From the NCBI GenBank assembly GCA_003512955.1, contig DOTG01000038.1:334455-398454 (forward strand): DNA of 64,000 nt, in the 5' to 3' direction. The position numbers and the translations under genes are program-made. The notes beneath the pieces were generated by a model, which was given only the letters and a program-made list of their open reading frames with translations, ran no database searches and was not told the origin of the DNA. Every line of letters starts with the position of its first letter. Position 1 is the first letter of the stretch. This stretch comes from Marinilabiliales bacterium. GTDB lineage: Bacteria; Bacteroidota; Bacteroidia; Bacteroidales; SZUA-534. Shown piece by piece: positions 63,258 to 64,000 of the stretch.

Positions 63258-63812
63258 CTATTTATTTGGGATGATGCGGTATTCCGGTTGTGTTTTTCCT
63301 TTGGAAATGGCAGTTAGTTTACTAGTCAACAACCTGCGCCGGATGGGTGAAATTTTATCAACAAACAGCTTGCCTTCCAGATGGTCGTATTCATGCTGCA
63401 CGATGCGGGCCCGGACGCCCTCCCATTCGTCAATATGTTCCTTAAAATCCTCGTCATGGTAACGGATTTTGATTTTTCCAGGACGGATCACGTCTTCACG
63501 GATTCCGGGCAAACTCAAACACCCTTCGTTAAACGTTTCCTCTTCGCCTGCAAACTCAATAATCTCGGGATTGATCAACACCTTGCGGAATCCTTTCAAT
63601 TCCGGTTCATCTTCTTCAAAAGGAGATGCATCGAACACAATGAGACGGATGCTTTTGTTGATTTGTGGAGCAGCCAAACCCACTCCATCTGCCTTGTACA
63701 TGGTTTCGTACATATTCTCGATCAGTTCTTTCAAACCATCATAATCAGGGCCAATTTCCCGAGCTTTTTTCCTCAGGATGGGATTGCCATAAACGGTAAT
63801 TGGTAACAGCAT
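63258..63812 (-). CDS. def: Peptide deformylase
   Basis: 184 aa with GVGLAAPQ, EGCLSLPG and HEYDHLEG, the three canonical PDF motifs. Confidence 0.95.
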   Translation of the reverse strand: MLLPITVYGNPILRKKAREIGPDYDGLKELIENMYETMYKADGVGLAAPQINKSIRLIVFDASPFEEDEPELKGFRKVLINPEIIEFAGEEETFNEGCLSLPGIREDVIRPGKIKIRYHDEDFKEHIDEWEGVRARIVQHEYDHLEGKLFVDKISPIRRRLLTSKLTAISKGKTQPEYRIIPNK

Positions 63813-63841
63813 TGTTTCTATTCTGATTTTTATTTTTTTAA

Positions 63842-64000
63842 TTAAATGACAAAGCCACGCGATTTTTGTTCCATAAACGACTGGAGAATAATGGTGGCAC
63901 TGATGGTATCTACCAGTTCCTTATTCTGCCGTTGCTTTTTTTTCAATCCCCCGTCGATCATAGTTTGGAAGGCTATTTTTGAGGTAAACCGTTCATCAAC
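63842..64000 (-). CDS. ruvX: Holliday-junction resolvase-like RuvX/YqgF; C-terminal part only, the 5' end lies outside the window
   Basis: My own translation of the minus strand gives [46 protein letters not shown]..., the typical YqgF C-terminus (DER.TS...A......G...K.R....D..AA..ILQ.). Confidence 0.75.
   Translation of the reverse strand, partial: VDERFTSKIAFQTMIDGGLKKKQRQNKELVDTISATIILQSFMEQKSRGFVI

Overview
This window looks like a Bacteroidota chromosomal segment. Three proteins carry T9SS C-terminal sorting domains, the conserved ompH-bamA-uppS-nadK envelope cluster is present, lipoprotein and Sec signal peptides are frequent, and at least one TAnnTTTG-type -7 box is visible. I support about 47 protein-coding genes. 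They include housekeeping genes (bamA, uppS, nadK, udk, manA, lpdA, rlmB, def, ruvX, trkAH, comEC), a znuA-[insert]-znuC-znuB-type metal ABC operon, two adjacent PFK-family paralogues, and a TetR-controlled RND efflux operon. By eye I found no rRNA, tRNA, CRISPR array, integrase or transposase.

The observations most worth a second look are:
1. An operon at 35.2-42.1 kb encodes a small outer-membrane (OM) beta-barrel followed by two signal-peptide-bearing caspase-like (C14) proteins. Their sensor-like arrays differ: WD40 plus five Ig-like repeats in one, TPR in the other.
2. An RND pump and a complete TolC-like factor, still carrying its own signal peptide, are encoded in one uninterrupted 1479-codon frame.
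3. A dispersed family of 15-nt mini-hairpins shows compensatory stem changes and a conserved tail. Composite copies bracket a 6-kb island of T9SS cargo genes.
4. Within that island, a gingipain-like C25 peptidase is separated from its beta-helix/T9SS-CTD part by a single frame change.
5. A four-helix-bundle (23S rRNA IVS-protein family) gene with 8-nt-periodic inverted arms sits inside the znu operon. Gene-less look-alike arms occur elsewhere.
6. A 130-bp MITE-like element with 18-bp terminal inverted repeats (TIRs) and a 6-bp duplication lies between the caspase genes.
7. A cluster of eight TAAGGTT words builds nested hairpins.

All functional calls come from reading motifs in the translations. 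No database search or HMM could be run.
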